From Lactobacillus phage Semele: a DNA stretch of 24,000 nucleotides. The stretch lies in sequence record MG765279.2; one strand, 5' to 3'. The position numbers and the translations under genes are program-made. The notes below the pieces were generated by a model that worked only from the letters and a program-made list of their open reading frames with translations, did not search any database and had not been told where the DNA came from. Below, in pieces: positions 9,303-17,219 of the stretch (positions are counted from its first letter, which is position 1; each line of letters starts with the position of its first letter).

Positions 9303-9462
9303 TAACCATTCAGAAGAAGTTAACAAGGTTCTGAAAAAGTTTTATCGAGAGCACAAGGATGGGCTTGACAAAAAGTGTAAGGAGCTAAAGGCATATAACG
9401 ATGCTCACTATGACGAGTTTGTGAAAAAGTTAAAGGATGAAATTAGCAAGAATCATAAATAA
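9292..9462 (+). CDS. Hypothetical protein (56 aa)
   Basis: Internal ATG 9292 of the track ORF overlaps the polymerase stop; a more plausible start than 9217. Confidence 0.5.
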   Translation: MKDDNHSEEVNKVLKKFYREHKDGLDKKCKELKAYNDAHYDEFVKKLKDEISKNHK

Positions 9463-9465
9463 GTG

Positions 9466-9496
9466 TTGACAAAGGATACTAGAAATGGTATCCTTT
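9466..9496 (+). promoter_or_regulatory. Promoter overlapping a terminator-like hairpin
   Basis: TTGACA (9466-9471), 17 nt, TATCCT (9489-9494) with extended TG; AAAGGATAC(9471-9479)/GTATCCTTT(9488-9496) perfect stem followed by T-rich sequence. Confidence 0.6.
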
Positions 9497-9527
9497 TATT
9501 ATAGAAAAAGAAAGAAGGATATTAATT

Positions 9528-9938
9528 ATGAGTTATTCAGAAGCAATGGCTAAGCATTATCAAGATAAACGAAAAGACACCAATACCAAGCATCAATTAA
9601 AGTATGTAAATACCTATTTTAACAAGAACTTCGTAACTATTCATTCAAATTTTAAGCTTGATAGAGATACTCTCAGTCTGGTAAAGGAAATCATAAGAAA
9701 AAATGGTGATAATTATGATTACTTTATTGATTCCACGATATACTCAGATGAATTTATGAAGGAACGTAATAAGAAACTTGCTAGTGCTGGAACGGTTGAT
9801 GAATTAGTAGCTTACCTAGATGACCTTGATGAATGTATCGAAGTTATCAAGTCAGATAATCATGTGGAAAAAGGATTAGAGCTTGGACAATGGTCATCAA
9901 GTGATGGGATTCATCTAAAGACATATCTTTACATTTAA
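9528..9938 (+). CDS. Hypothetical protein (136 aa)
   Basis: Intact ORF behind promoter and purine-rich SD (GAAGGA). Confidence 0.7.
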   Translation: MSYSEAMAKHYQDKRKDTNTKHQLKYVNTYFNKNFVTIHSNFKLDRDTLSLVKEIIRKNGDNYDYFIDSTIYSDEFMKERNKKLASAGTVDELVAYLDDLDECIEVIKSDNHVEKGLELGQWSSSDGIHLKTYLYI

Positions 9939-9950
9939 GGAGGATTTGCC

Positions 9951-10442
9951 ATGACAGTAGCTACTAAGATTAAATTCAATAATGAGCTAGAGGGTATCTA
10001 TGAATACGCTGATAGAGTGCTGGATGGTTGGTTACAGTTTGGCTATGGCCGTATGGAAGAAAAATTAGCCAGTAAGCTAAATAAGTTCTTTGATGGAGTA
10101 GGGGAAGGCCATTTTGAAGATGTTATGGGGTGTGACTTTGATGAGGGCTATGTACGACCAACTGACATCACTGAGGACCAGTTAGCTTACCTAGCTCAGC
10201 GGGTAATTATTGAAGTCAACGATACTAGTGAAGTATTCACCACCCTAACGGATATTGTACCAGCTAGGGATATCAAGGTATATGAGACCTTAGCTGGCAC
10301 GTATGTATCAATTGATGCTGTCAATAAGCCAATGAATTATTATCGAGGCATCTATGGAAGCATTCAAGAATTTTTAGATGATTACCATGGTATGACAGAA
10401 ACAAATTTACTTGGGGGTGACAAAGTTGGACAAAGCTTATAG
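9951..10442 (+). CDS. Hypothetical protein (163 aa)
   Basis: Intact ORF, SD AAGGAGG upstream of ATG 9951. Confidence 0.75.
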   Translation: MTVATKIKFNNELEGIYEYADRVLDGWLQFGYGRMEEKLASKLNKFFDGVGEGHFEDVMGCDFDEGYVRPTDITEDQLAYLAQRVIIEVNDTSEVFTTLTDIVPARDIKVYETLAGTYVSIDAVNKPMNYYRGIYGSIQEFLDDYHGMTETNLLGGDKVGQSL

Positions 10443-11031
10443 CAAACAGTTAGATGAATTTAAGCGTCTCCACCATGAATTGTCTGAGGCCGTTAATAAA
10501 TTCAACGCATCATTCAGTAAGATTGAAGAACTAATTGGTGAAATATCTAAACGAGAGCTTGGACTAGACTTACCTGAGGTTAATCTTGGGGGAGATGAGC
10601 ATGACCCAGCACCTTGTGATGATACTGATGTTAGTGGTATTAGCATTCGGCTAACTAATGTTAATACCGGAAAGTCAGCAACCTATAGTTCGTTAGCGAA
10701 AGCTGCAAATATGAATCATATTTCTGTTAGTGCAATTAGTATTGCTAGTCGCAAGGGAAGCTTAATCTATGGTGTACTAAAGGTTGAGCGTTTAAAAGAA
10801 AAACCATTAACGACTAATAATATGCGAAGAGTTTCGGTATATGATGGAGATACTAATAAGGTATATAGTTCTGTTTTAGAGGCTAGTCAAGAGGTAGGAG
10901 TTAACTACTCAGATTTTTCTACCGCATTAAGCTATGGTGAGATTACAAACAAGTATGGTCATCACTACCAGATTAAACGATTAGATGAACGCAAAGACGA
11001 AAATCATAGTATTGAGTTACCTAAGATTTGA
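10411..11031 (+). CDS. Putative DNA-binding protein with two NUMOD1-like modules, no nuclease domain evident
   Basis: Two similar segments: ISIRLTNVNTGKSATYSSLAKAANMNHISVSAIS… and RRVSVYDGDTNKVYSSVLEASQEVGVNYSDFSTALS…YGHHYQIKR. Start codon uncertain. Confidence 0.5.
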   Translation: MGVTKLDKAYSKQLDEFKRLHHELSEAVNKFNASFSKIEELIGEISKRELGLDLPEVNLGGDEHDPAPCDDTDVSGISIRLTNVNTGKSATYSSLAKAANMNHISVSAISIASRKGSLIYGVLKVERLKEKPLTTNNMRRVSVYDGDTNKVYSSVLEASQEVGVNYSDFSTALSYGEITNKYGHHYQIKRLDERKDENHSIELPKI

Positions 11032-11046
11032 AGGTGGTGATAACTA

Positions 11047-11538
11047 ATGGCAATTGACATTACTAATATTGGGGAGATTGAAGAAATTTCTTATCGTAAC
11101 CAGAGAGGCGAAATTGTAACTATTGACCCCAAAAAGTTGTTAGGATTCAATCGTAATAACTTACCATTTGAAAGCCAAGCTAACACCTATTTTCTAGTAG
11201 CTAGATTAGCTGAACTAGCAAAATTAAAGGTTGAAAACTTAAAAGTTGACCAACGAAAACTAGAGGGTGAACTATATGCTAAGTATGCTAATGATGATGG
11301 TTTAAAAGCAACAAATAATGGACGCAAGCCCACAGAAGGAACTATTAGCCATATGATAGATAGTGATGAGAGCATGGTAGAACTTAGCAAGAAGCTTAAC
11401 AATAACAACTATAAAGCTCAGCTACTTAATCGTCTAGTAAAGGCGTTTGAACAACGTAAAGACCTAATGCAATCACTTTCTGCACAAATGAGACAAGAAA
11501 ATTCATTTGGTGTACCAAGTAATCCTGATAAACAGTAA
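11047..11538 (+). CDS. Hypothetical phage protein (163 aa), in the recombination block
   Basis: Intact ORF with SD; position upstream of putative SSB and RecA. Confidence 0.65.
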   Translation: MAIDITNIGEIEEISYRNQRGEIVTIDPKKLLGFNRNNLPFESQANTYFLVARLAELAKLKVENLKVDQRKLEGELYAKYANDDGLKATNNGRKPTEGTISHMIDSDESMVELSKKLNNNNYKAQLLNRLVKAFEQRKDLMQSLSAQMRQENSFGVPSNPDKQ

Positions 11539-11572
11539 TTCTACGAAAAAGTGGGATTTTTGGAATCTCGTG

Positions 11573-11579
11573 TTATAAT
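11573..11579 (+). promoter_or_regulatory. Possible extended -10 promoter (TGTTATAAT)
   Basis: …CTCGTGTTATAATGTATAT… upstream of ORF 11609; no good -35. Coordinates approximate. Confidence 0.35.
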
Positions 11580-11608
11580 GTATATATTAAGAAATGAGGT
11601 AATTAATA

Positions 11609-12841
11609 ATGGACTTTAGTAAGAAACTCCAAGCTGAATTGAATAAAGCTAACAATGAAGGTGGCAGTAACAATCGTGATAATGGCCCACAACGTAAGAG
11701 TAAGCAGGTATTTGTAAATGGTAAGAATGGATTATTTGCTCGTATTTTACCATTGGGTGATAAGTGGTTCGCAGTTACTACTAAACGAGTACAAATGACC
11801 TTGCCTAAGACTAACGGCGAATATACAATGAGCCCTATCTTAGATATGGATAACAAAGACGATAAGTTAGCACAACTTATTAAGAAGGTACAACATTTTA
11901 ACTATGAATATCGTGACTCGCATGATGTTGATAGCACATATGATGCTATTGGCTTAAACAAGCAACCTTATGGTGGTGGTGAACCAAATACTAGAGTACA
12001 AACACGTGTAGAATTTGTCGGTATCCAGATGGTAACTGATGCTAATGGTAACGTAACTATGGAATCCGGCCCTAACGGACCAATCATTCGTAACTTTTCA
12101 GCATCAGGGGCTGTATATAATAGTTTGCTTGACATCATGGCTGATAAAACCTATAAAGTTAATGGGCAACCGTTTGCAGATTCATTAGGATTTGTATCTG
12201 CCCGTGATACGTTCCCAGTACAAGCTAAGTTGCATGGTAACCAATGGAGTGTTAACCCTCGTCCAGACATTATTGTGCCAACTATGAATTATAACTACTT
12301 GGAAAAAGATGTTAGTGGTGAAGACTACAAATACTTTGATGACCCATACCGGTTTAATCAACCATTGATGGTAGCCAACCCAGACTTCTACGAACGTGTT
12401 CTCGGCCAAGTTCAGGATATTGTAGCTAAGCGTATGCTTGAATTGAAGAACCAAGATGCAGGTTATGCTGGCAATCCTTATTTACAATCAGCACCAGCAA
12501 ATAACCAGGAAACACAGCCATCGGTTAGTCAATCGGACCCAGCACCAGTACAACATGCTAGCGATTATCCAGAACCATGGGCGGTATCGGGCGAAGTACC
12601 AGCTAATCCCGGTAAGGTAGAAGATAACGAACAAGCTTACGCTCAACCGGAACAGCCAACATCAGAAGTACCACAGGAAGCCTCACAAGCTCCATCACAG
12701 CATTCTAGCTCTGAACATGTACAAACACCCCAGAGCGATGTAAAAACGTCCGGCGGGGATGACAAGCCTGTTAGTGATGTGGGTAATGGTATGGAAGCTG
12801 ACACTAATGTAGATGATTTATTATCTAGTTTAGGATTATAA
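11609..12841 (+). CDS. Putative ssDNA-binding protein
   Basis: 410 aa; conserved-looking N-terminal domain, low-complexity Pro/Gln/Ser linker, acidic tail ending DTNVDDLLSSLGL; immediately upstream of recA-like gene. Confidence 0.5.
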   Translation: MDFSKKLQAELNKANNEGGSNNRDNGPQRKSKQVFVNGKNGLFARILPLGDKWFAVTTKRVQMTLPKTNGEYTMSPILDMDNKDDKLAQLIKKVQHFNYEYRDSHDVDSTYDAIGLNKQPYGGGEPNTRVQTRVEFVGIQMVTDANGNVTMESGPNGPIIRNFSASGAVYNSLLDIMADKTYKVNGQPFADSLGFVSARDTFPVQAKLHGNQWSVNPRPDIIVPTMNYNYLEKDVSGEDYKYFDDPYRFNQPLMVANPDFYERVLGQVQDIVAKRMLELKNQDAGYAGNPYLQSAPANNQETQPSVSQSDPAPVQHASDYPEPWAVSGEVPANPGKVEDNEQAYAQPEQPTSEVPQEASQAPSQHSSSEHVQTPQSDVKTSGGDDKPVSDVGNGMEADTNVDDLLSSLGL

Positions 12842-12860
12842 TAGGGGGTAATTGATTAAT

Positions 12861-14102
12861 ATGACGAAGGCTACTAAAGAAAGTTATACTGATGAATTAG
12901 GGTCTTTGTTTGGAGATTTAGCTAAGGATGATGACGCCTTAGCTACTTTTTCAGATAACGACCTAGGAGAAACTAAAGATTGGGTGCCTACTTTAATTCC
13001 AGCATTAGATAAAAACCTAGTAGCTGGCATCCCAGCTAGTGGTGAAATTTCAGAAATTTTTGGGGGACCTAGTGCCGGCAAATCAACTTTTGCTGGTTTA
13101 ATTATGCACAATGCTCAAAAGATGGGTATTGTACCAATTTATTTTGACGTTGAAACTACTCAGCGTGCTTCTAGGCTAATGGAACTGGGTGTAGACCCTA
13201 GATTTGTTATGACTGTTAAGCCTAAGCGATTGAAGAATAAAACGATGATGCCTTTGTATATTGAAGATATTGGTCAAAAGATGATTGATATGGCAGCTAA
13301 GATTCATGACCGTGACAAGAATCTAATTACGATGTTCATTTGGGATTCCGTAGCTATGACTCAGCCAAAGATGGCAGCAGAAGCAGATGCAGACCAACAA
13401 CTAGTGGGGCAACAAGCTAAGGCTTTAACTACCATTGGCCGTAAAATTCAGGTTAATTTAGCCGCAAACAACGGATTTCTGCTTGCATTTAACCAAGCTA
13501 GGGATGACTTTAATGCTCCTAATGCAAAGTATGCACAAGTTAAAACGGTTGGTGGAAAAGGGTGGTACCATTTATTATCAACCCAAATCCTATTTAAAAA
13601 GAGCACTAAAATTAAAGCTAAATCTTCTGATAAGGAAGCAATTGGTCAGGAAACTCGTGTATCAGTACCAAAATCAAAGATTGGAGATAACGCTACTGAT
13701 GAGGTAACTGTTGACCTAATTGGGGCAACCGGGTTTGATGCTGAACGTAATTTAATCACATCAGCAAATGATTTGGGATTAGTTGAAGGTTCAAATTGGA
13801 TGACCTATATTACTGACAATGGCGAAAAGATTAAGTTGCAAGGAAAGATTGCATGGACTGAATACTTAAAAACAGATGAAGCCAGTGAGGTTAGAACAGA
13901 ATTGTGGCAGAAAGTATTACTAACCTACTTTCCAAAGTGCTACCCACCATTGTTTAACTTACACGCTCGGTTGACTGTTGACAAATTCCCAGAGATTAAA
14001 GGGTTACGCAAATATTATTCTGACATTCAAGAAAAGCTACCAGAGGATGAGCAAGATTATAATTACCGTACCTATATGAAAGCAGGGTTGCCACTTGACT
14101 AG
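12861..14102 (+). CDS. RecA/UvsX-like recombinase
   Basis: Walker A EIFGGPSAGKSTF, PIYFDVETTQR, Walker B-like MFIWDSVA, GRKIQVNLAANNGFLLAFNQ. ATG 12861 preferred over the track's TTG 12852. Confidence 0.8.
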   Translation: MTKATKESYTDELGSLFGDLAKDDDALATFSDNDLGETKDWVPTLIPALDKNLVAGIPASGEISEIFGGPSAGKSTFAGLIMHNAQKMGIVPIYFDVETTQRASRLMELGVDPRFVMTVKPKRLKNKTMMPLYIEDIGQKMIDMAAKIHDRDKNLITMFIWDSVAMTQPKMAAEADADQQLVGQQAKALTTIGRKIQVNLAANNGFLLAFNQARDDFNAPNAKYAQVKTVGGKGWYHLLSTQILFKKSTKIKAKSSDKEAIGQETRVSVPKSKIGDNATDEVTVDLIGATGFDAERNLITSANDLGLVEGSNWMTYITDNGEKIKLQGKIAWTEYLKTDEASEVRTELWQKVLLTYFPKCYPPLFNLHARLTVDKFPEIKGLRKYYSDIQEKLPEDEQDYNYRTYMKAGLPLD

Positions 14103-14418
14103 AAGAAATGAAGCAGATGTCATTTTAGACGTTATGCAAACGGGTCAGGGGGCCGGTTATTCCCCCAACTATAACCAGAAAGCAATTGTTAAGGAACGCT
14201 TAGCAATTCAATTAAAAAGACATAAACGAGTATTGTTGGTTTATCAGGATATTTATCGTCCTCAGCCAGCCGCAGTAGTAACTATTACTAAGTTATATGA
14301 TAACTTTGCTTTAGGGTATGTTTATAATAAGCTAAGCGATACAAAGATACCATATACAATCAACTATACTTCTATTATTGCAAAGGATTACAGAGTAGAA
14401 TCCGCTTACGAAGAATGA
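14095..14418 (+). CDS. Hypothetical protein (107 aa)
   Basis: Intact ORF overlapping both neighbours; TTG start. Confidence 0.6.
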   Translation: MTRRNEADVILDVMQTGQGAGYSPNYNQKAIVKERLAIQLKRHKRVLLVYQDIYRPQPAAVVTITKLYDNFALGYVYNKLSDTKIPYTINYTSIIAKDYRVESAYEE

Positions 14419-15170
14419 GAGGGGAAGTAACTATCACTAAGAATATCACCGGTTATAACTCTGACAGTAAAAATGTATTCAATTCTGTGGGTAATTATTA
14501 TGCTCCCAAGGGTGCTTCTAACATAAAGTTTCTTAGAAGTCCTGAAAAATTACTAAAGCAGTATGACAACTTAATAAGGAGCTTAGGCAGAAAGTATGGA
14601 CGGTTCTTATCATCAGAGGCTGACCGTCAGGAGCTATACTCATTCATTCAAGATGCCTTTATCTCACTAGTAAAAGAATATGATATCAGTAGCGAGGTAG
14701 ACTTTCCGGGTTATATTGTTAAGATGTTGGAGTTCAGAGTTAGCCAATCTTATGCAAAACCCGAGCAAGAGCGCAGAGACCATATCAGCCCCCTAAAGAA
14801 AGAGACTACCACTATTGAGGGTATTATTAATAGCAAACAGATATCTGGTGACACTACTTCTATCGGGTTCAAAGGAAATGATGTTAAAAACAAAGATGGT
14901 GATATCACACCTAAGGCTATCAGGTCAGTTGTTTATGTTCCTAGAGATAATGAAGTTGATAATACCCTAATGGAATTAATTGATGATTTAAGTACCCGAG
15001 CGCATCTAAGTCCAATTAAGGTTGCTTTAGTAAAAGAATTTTATGAAAATGACCCCGGTGTAATAAGGGCTAAGGAAAATGTAGCCAAGCAATTAAATGT
15101 TCCTATCAGTGATGTTAAGAAAGAGTATGCGGAGTTAAAGGAATATTTAGAGATAACATACTATGATTAA
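14415..15170 (+). CDS. Phage RNA polymerase sigma factor-like protein
   Basis: 251 aa; YGRFLSSEADRQELYSFIQDAFISLVKEYDISSEVDFPGYIVKMLEFRVSQSYAK resembles sigma region 2, C-term KENVAKQLNVPISDVKKEYAEL resembles HTH region 4. Confidence 0.65.
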   Translation: MRGEVTITKNITGYNSDSKNVFNSVGNYYAPKGASNIKFLRSPEKLLKQYDNLIRSLGRKYGRFLSSEADRQELYSFIQDAFISLVKEYDISSEVDFPGYIVKMLEFRVSQSYAKPEQERRDHISPLKKETTTIEGIINSKQISGDTTSIGFKGNDVKNKDGDITPKAIRSVVYVPRDNEVDNTLMELIDDLSTRAHLSPIKVALVKEFYENDPGVIRAKENVAKQLNVPISDVKKEYAELKEYLEITYYD

Positions 15171-15250
15171 CATATTTGGTAACCCTTATATTACTAGGTG
15201 TAAGGATAAGTAATATAATAAATTTAGACACGAAGAGGAGATAATCTACT

Positions 15251-15757
15251 ATGGATTTAAAAGATACGACTATGGCAAACCTAGACGGTAAATTTATCGT
15301 CAATAACTACCCATCAGCGAGTGCTGATGTATATTTCGATGATGGTGCAGGTCCAATCGTTTTGGCGGTTAAGTCAAATAAGGTTTATCAGGTAGGGTTA
15401 ACCAAGGAAGAATTGCAAGATGTTACCAAGGGTAAGTTGATTGCTACGGTTGACGACAGTAAGAAGGAAATTTCATGGGTTCAATATCATCATAAGGACA
15501 ACCTGTATGATACCTATAATGGTGTTAGGGTAAGCGAATATGATGGTGCTGATGCGGGTGTTCCTTTAATTCAGGCTATTGGCTTATTCTTTAAAGGAAT
15601 CAATGTAACTGCTTATGACCCTTATATTCTAAGCTTAGACGAAATTCTAAATGCTGTTTATAATGCTGATGGTTCTAAGGCAGCTGCAACTACGACAACC
15701 ACAACTACTAAAAAGGTAGCCCCAACTACAACCACTACAACTACAGCGAGCAAATGA
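15251..15757 (+). CDS. Virion accessory-like protein with Thr-rich C-terminal tail
   Basis: 168 aa; SD GAGGAG upstream of ATG 15251; C-term AAATTTTTTTKKVAPTTTTTTTASK*. Confidence 0.65.
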   Translation: MDLKDTTMANLDGKFIVNNYPSASADVYFDDGAGPIVLAVKSNKVYQVGLTKEELQDVTKGKLIATVDDSKKEISWVQYHHKDNLYDTYNGVRVSEYDGADAGVPLIQAIGLFFKGINVTAYDPYILSLDEILNAVYNADGSKAAATTTTTTTKKVAPTTTTTTTASK

Positions 15758-15905
15758 TAACCCTGATGGGGGCCCATTTAAGATTTCTAAATCTTCTGTT
15801 TCGAGAGCATATATTAGCCCATCTTTAGTGGGCAGTGTAAAAACAACAGAAGGCTCAGCGACAATTAATGTCATACTAAAATAATTATGAAGGAGCAAAT
15901 TGCTA

Positions 15906-16253
15906 ATGGCAACTAAATTTGATGTGTACAACGATAAGGGTACTTTAGTAGCATCCGCCCAAGAATCTCCAGTTACAGTAACTGGATTATCCCCAGATAC
16001 CACATATACCGGTTGGTATGTAACGGTATCAGGGCAAACTGCTAAGACTACTATCCCTGATTTTACAACCAAGGCATCTACGACAACAACCACAAGCACT
16101 ACTTTAAATGTAACGACAACTACTAGTACAACTACTGTAAAACCGACTACGACAACTACTAGTACGACAACGGTAAAACCAACTACAACAACTACTAGTA
16201 CGACAACGGTAAAACCAACTACAACAACTACTAGTACAACGACAGTAGCGTAA
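15906..16253 (+). CDS. Fibronectin-III/Ig-like domain with long mucin-like Thr tail
   Basis: SD AAGGAG 15890-15895, ATG 15906; ESPVTVTGLSPDTTYTGWYVTVSGQTAKTTIPDFTT then (KPTTTTTSTTTV)n. Confidence 0.7.
   Translation: MATKFDVYNDKGTLVASAQESPVTVTGLSPDTTYTGWYVTVSGQTAKTTIPDFTTKASTTTTTSTTLNVTTTTSTTTVKPTTTTTSTTTVKPTTTTTSTTTVKPTTTTTSTTTVA
16137..16244 (+). repeat. Three full 36-bp tandem coding repeats, plus a partial copy upstream at 16107-16136
   Basis: GTAAAACCAACTACAACAACTACTAGTACGACAACG at 16137, 16173 and 16209. Confidence 0.9.
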
Positions 16254-16257
16254 GTAA

Positions 16258-17136
16258 ATGAAGTATCTAACAAGCCAGAACGCAACTGTTAAGTTTAAAT
16301 GGCAATTGTCTGTTTATATCACTAGTTTGTTAGAAATTGGGATTAACCCCGATGACATTGTAGTGCTGTTCTCGGACAGTGATAGCCATATTCCTAAATA
16401 TATTAGGGACCATTACCATGTAGATGTACATGTGTATGAGGATAATCGAGAAGACAAAAGCTATATCCCTAGTATAAAGCCTTACTTGGTTTATCGTTAT
16501 TTAGATGAGAATCCTTCTGCTAGGCTAGAGGATTATGTCTATACAGATTCTGATATAATTATCAGGGAACCACTTGATTTTAGTCTGCTACCGGCTGACT
16601 GTAAAAATTGGTATGGTTCAGATTGTGGTGGATACCTTGATATGGGATACTTAAGTTATGTTGATAATTCTGAAAAGATTATTAATGCTATGCTAGAAAT
16701 AGTTGGAATTACAATTGATGATGTTAAGAGTATTGATGCTAATTGTATTGGTGCTCAGTATATCCTGTCAAACCCTAGTCCTGAATACTTTAAGAAAGTA
16801 TATCAAGACTCTTACAAACTATATCACGCAACCACAAAGATTGAGTCTAATTTTCAACATTGGGTAGCAGAGATGTATGCTACTTTATGGAATATGCCTC
16901 TATTTGGTATTAACCCCCATATTAGTGATGAGTTGGCCTTCACGTGGGGAACTGATAGTGCGGAGACATTCAAAGAGAACAAGATTTATCATGATGCTGG
17001 GGTAGTTGATGGTAACCAAGGGTTGTTCTACAAAGGTAATTATAATATGAGAGAGCCTTTTGATGATGATTTTAGTTTCATCAGCAAAGATAAAGCATCT
17101 TATTATTATACACAGTATATTAAAGAAACTAAGTAG
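16258..17136 (+). CDS. GT-A-fold glycosyltransferase-like protein
   Basis: 292 aa; IPSIKPYLVYRYLDENPSARLEDYVYTDSDIIIREPLDF with DSD (DxD) motif after a predicted strand. Confidence 0.6.
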   Translation: MKYLTSQNATVKFKWQLSVYITSLLEIGINPDDIVVLFSDSDSHIPKYIRDHYHVDVHVYEDNREDKSYIPSIKPYLVYRYLDENPSARLEDYVYTDSDIIIREPLDFSLLPADCKNWYGSDCGGYLDMGYLSYVDNSEKIINAMLEIVGITIDDVKSIDANCIGAQYILSNPSPEYFKKVYQDSYKLYHATTKIESNFQHWVAEMYATLWNMPLFGINPHISDELAFTWGTDSAETFKENKIYHDAGVVDGNQGLFYKGNYNMREPFDDDFSFISKDKASYYYTQYIKETK

Positions 17137-17149
17137 CATTCATAAGAGG

Positions 17150-17178
17150 TCACCTTCAATAGGTGGTCTTTTTACTAA
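17150..17178 (+). terminator. Rho-independent terminator
   Basis: AGAGGTCACC-ttcaata-GGTGGTCTTTTT; stem includes G.U pairs. Confidence 0.6.
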
Positions 17179-17219
17179 AAATATGGTACAATTAAAGAAA
17201 CTAAGAAAGAGGTAATAGT

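Noticed and set aside
13483-13707. 74-aa + strand ORF within recA
   Set aside because: Alternative frame inside a strongly conserved recombinase gene; no independent SD.
15722-15757. -1 programmed frameshift at ACT AAA AAG (around 15711-15720) in the first Thr-rich gene
   Set aside because: The heptamer is T AAA AAG, not a canonical X XXY YYZ, and the -1 frame product (GSPNYNHYNYSEQMITLMGAHLRFL…) does not look like a protein domain; the +1 frame extension is more protein-like.
16107-16244. Possible CRISPR array (regular repeats)
   Set aside because: The repeats are directly adjacent with no spacers and encode an in-frame Thr-rich peptide; they are protein-coding tandem repeats.
15647-16285. 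212-aa ORF on the minus strand
   Set aside because: It is the antisense reading of the Thr-repeat DNA (VVVLVVVVVGF… repeats), with no SD, and all supported genes are on the + strand. It is an artefact of the low-complexity repeat.
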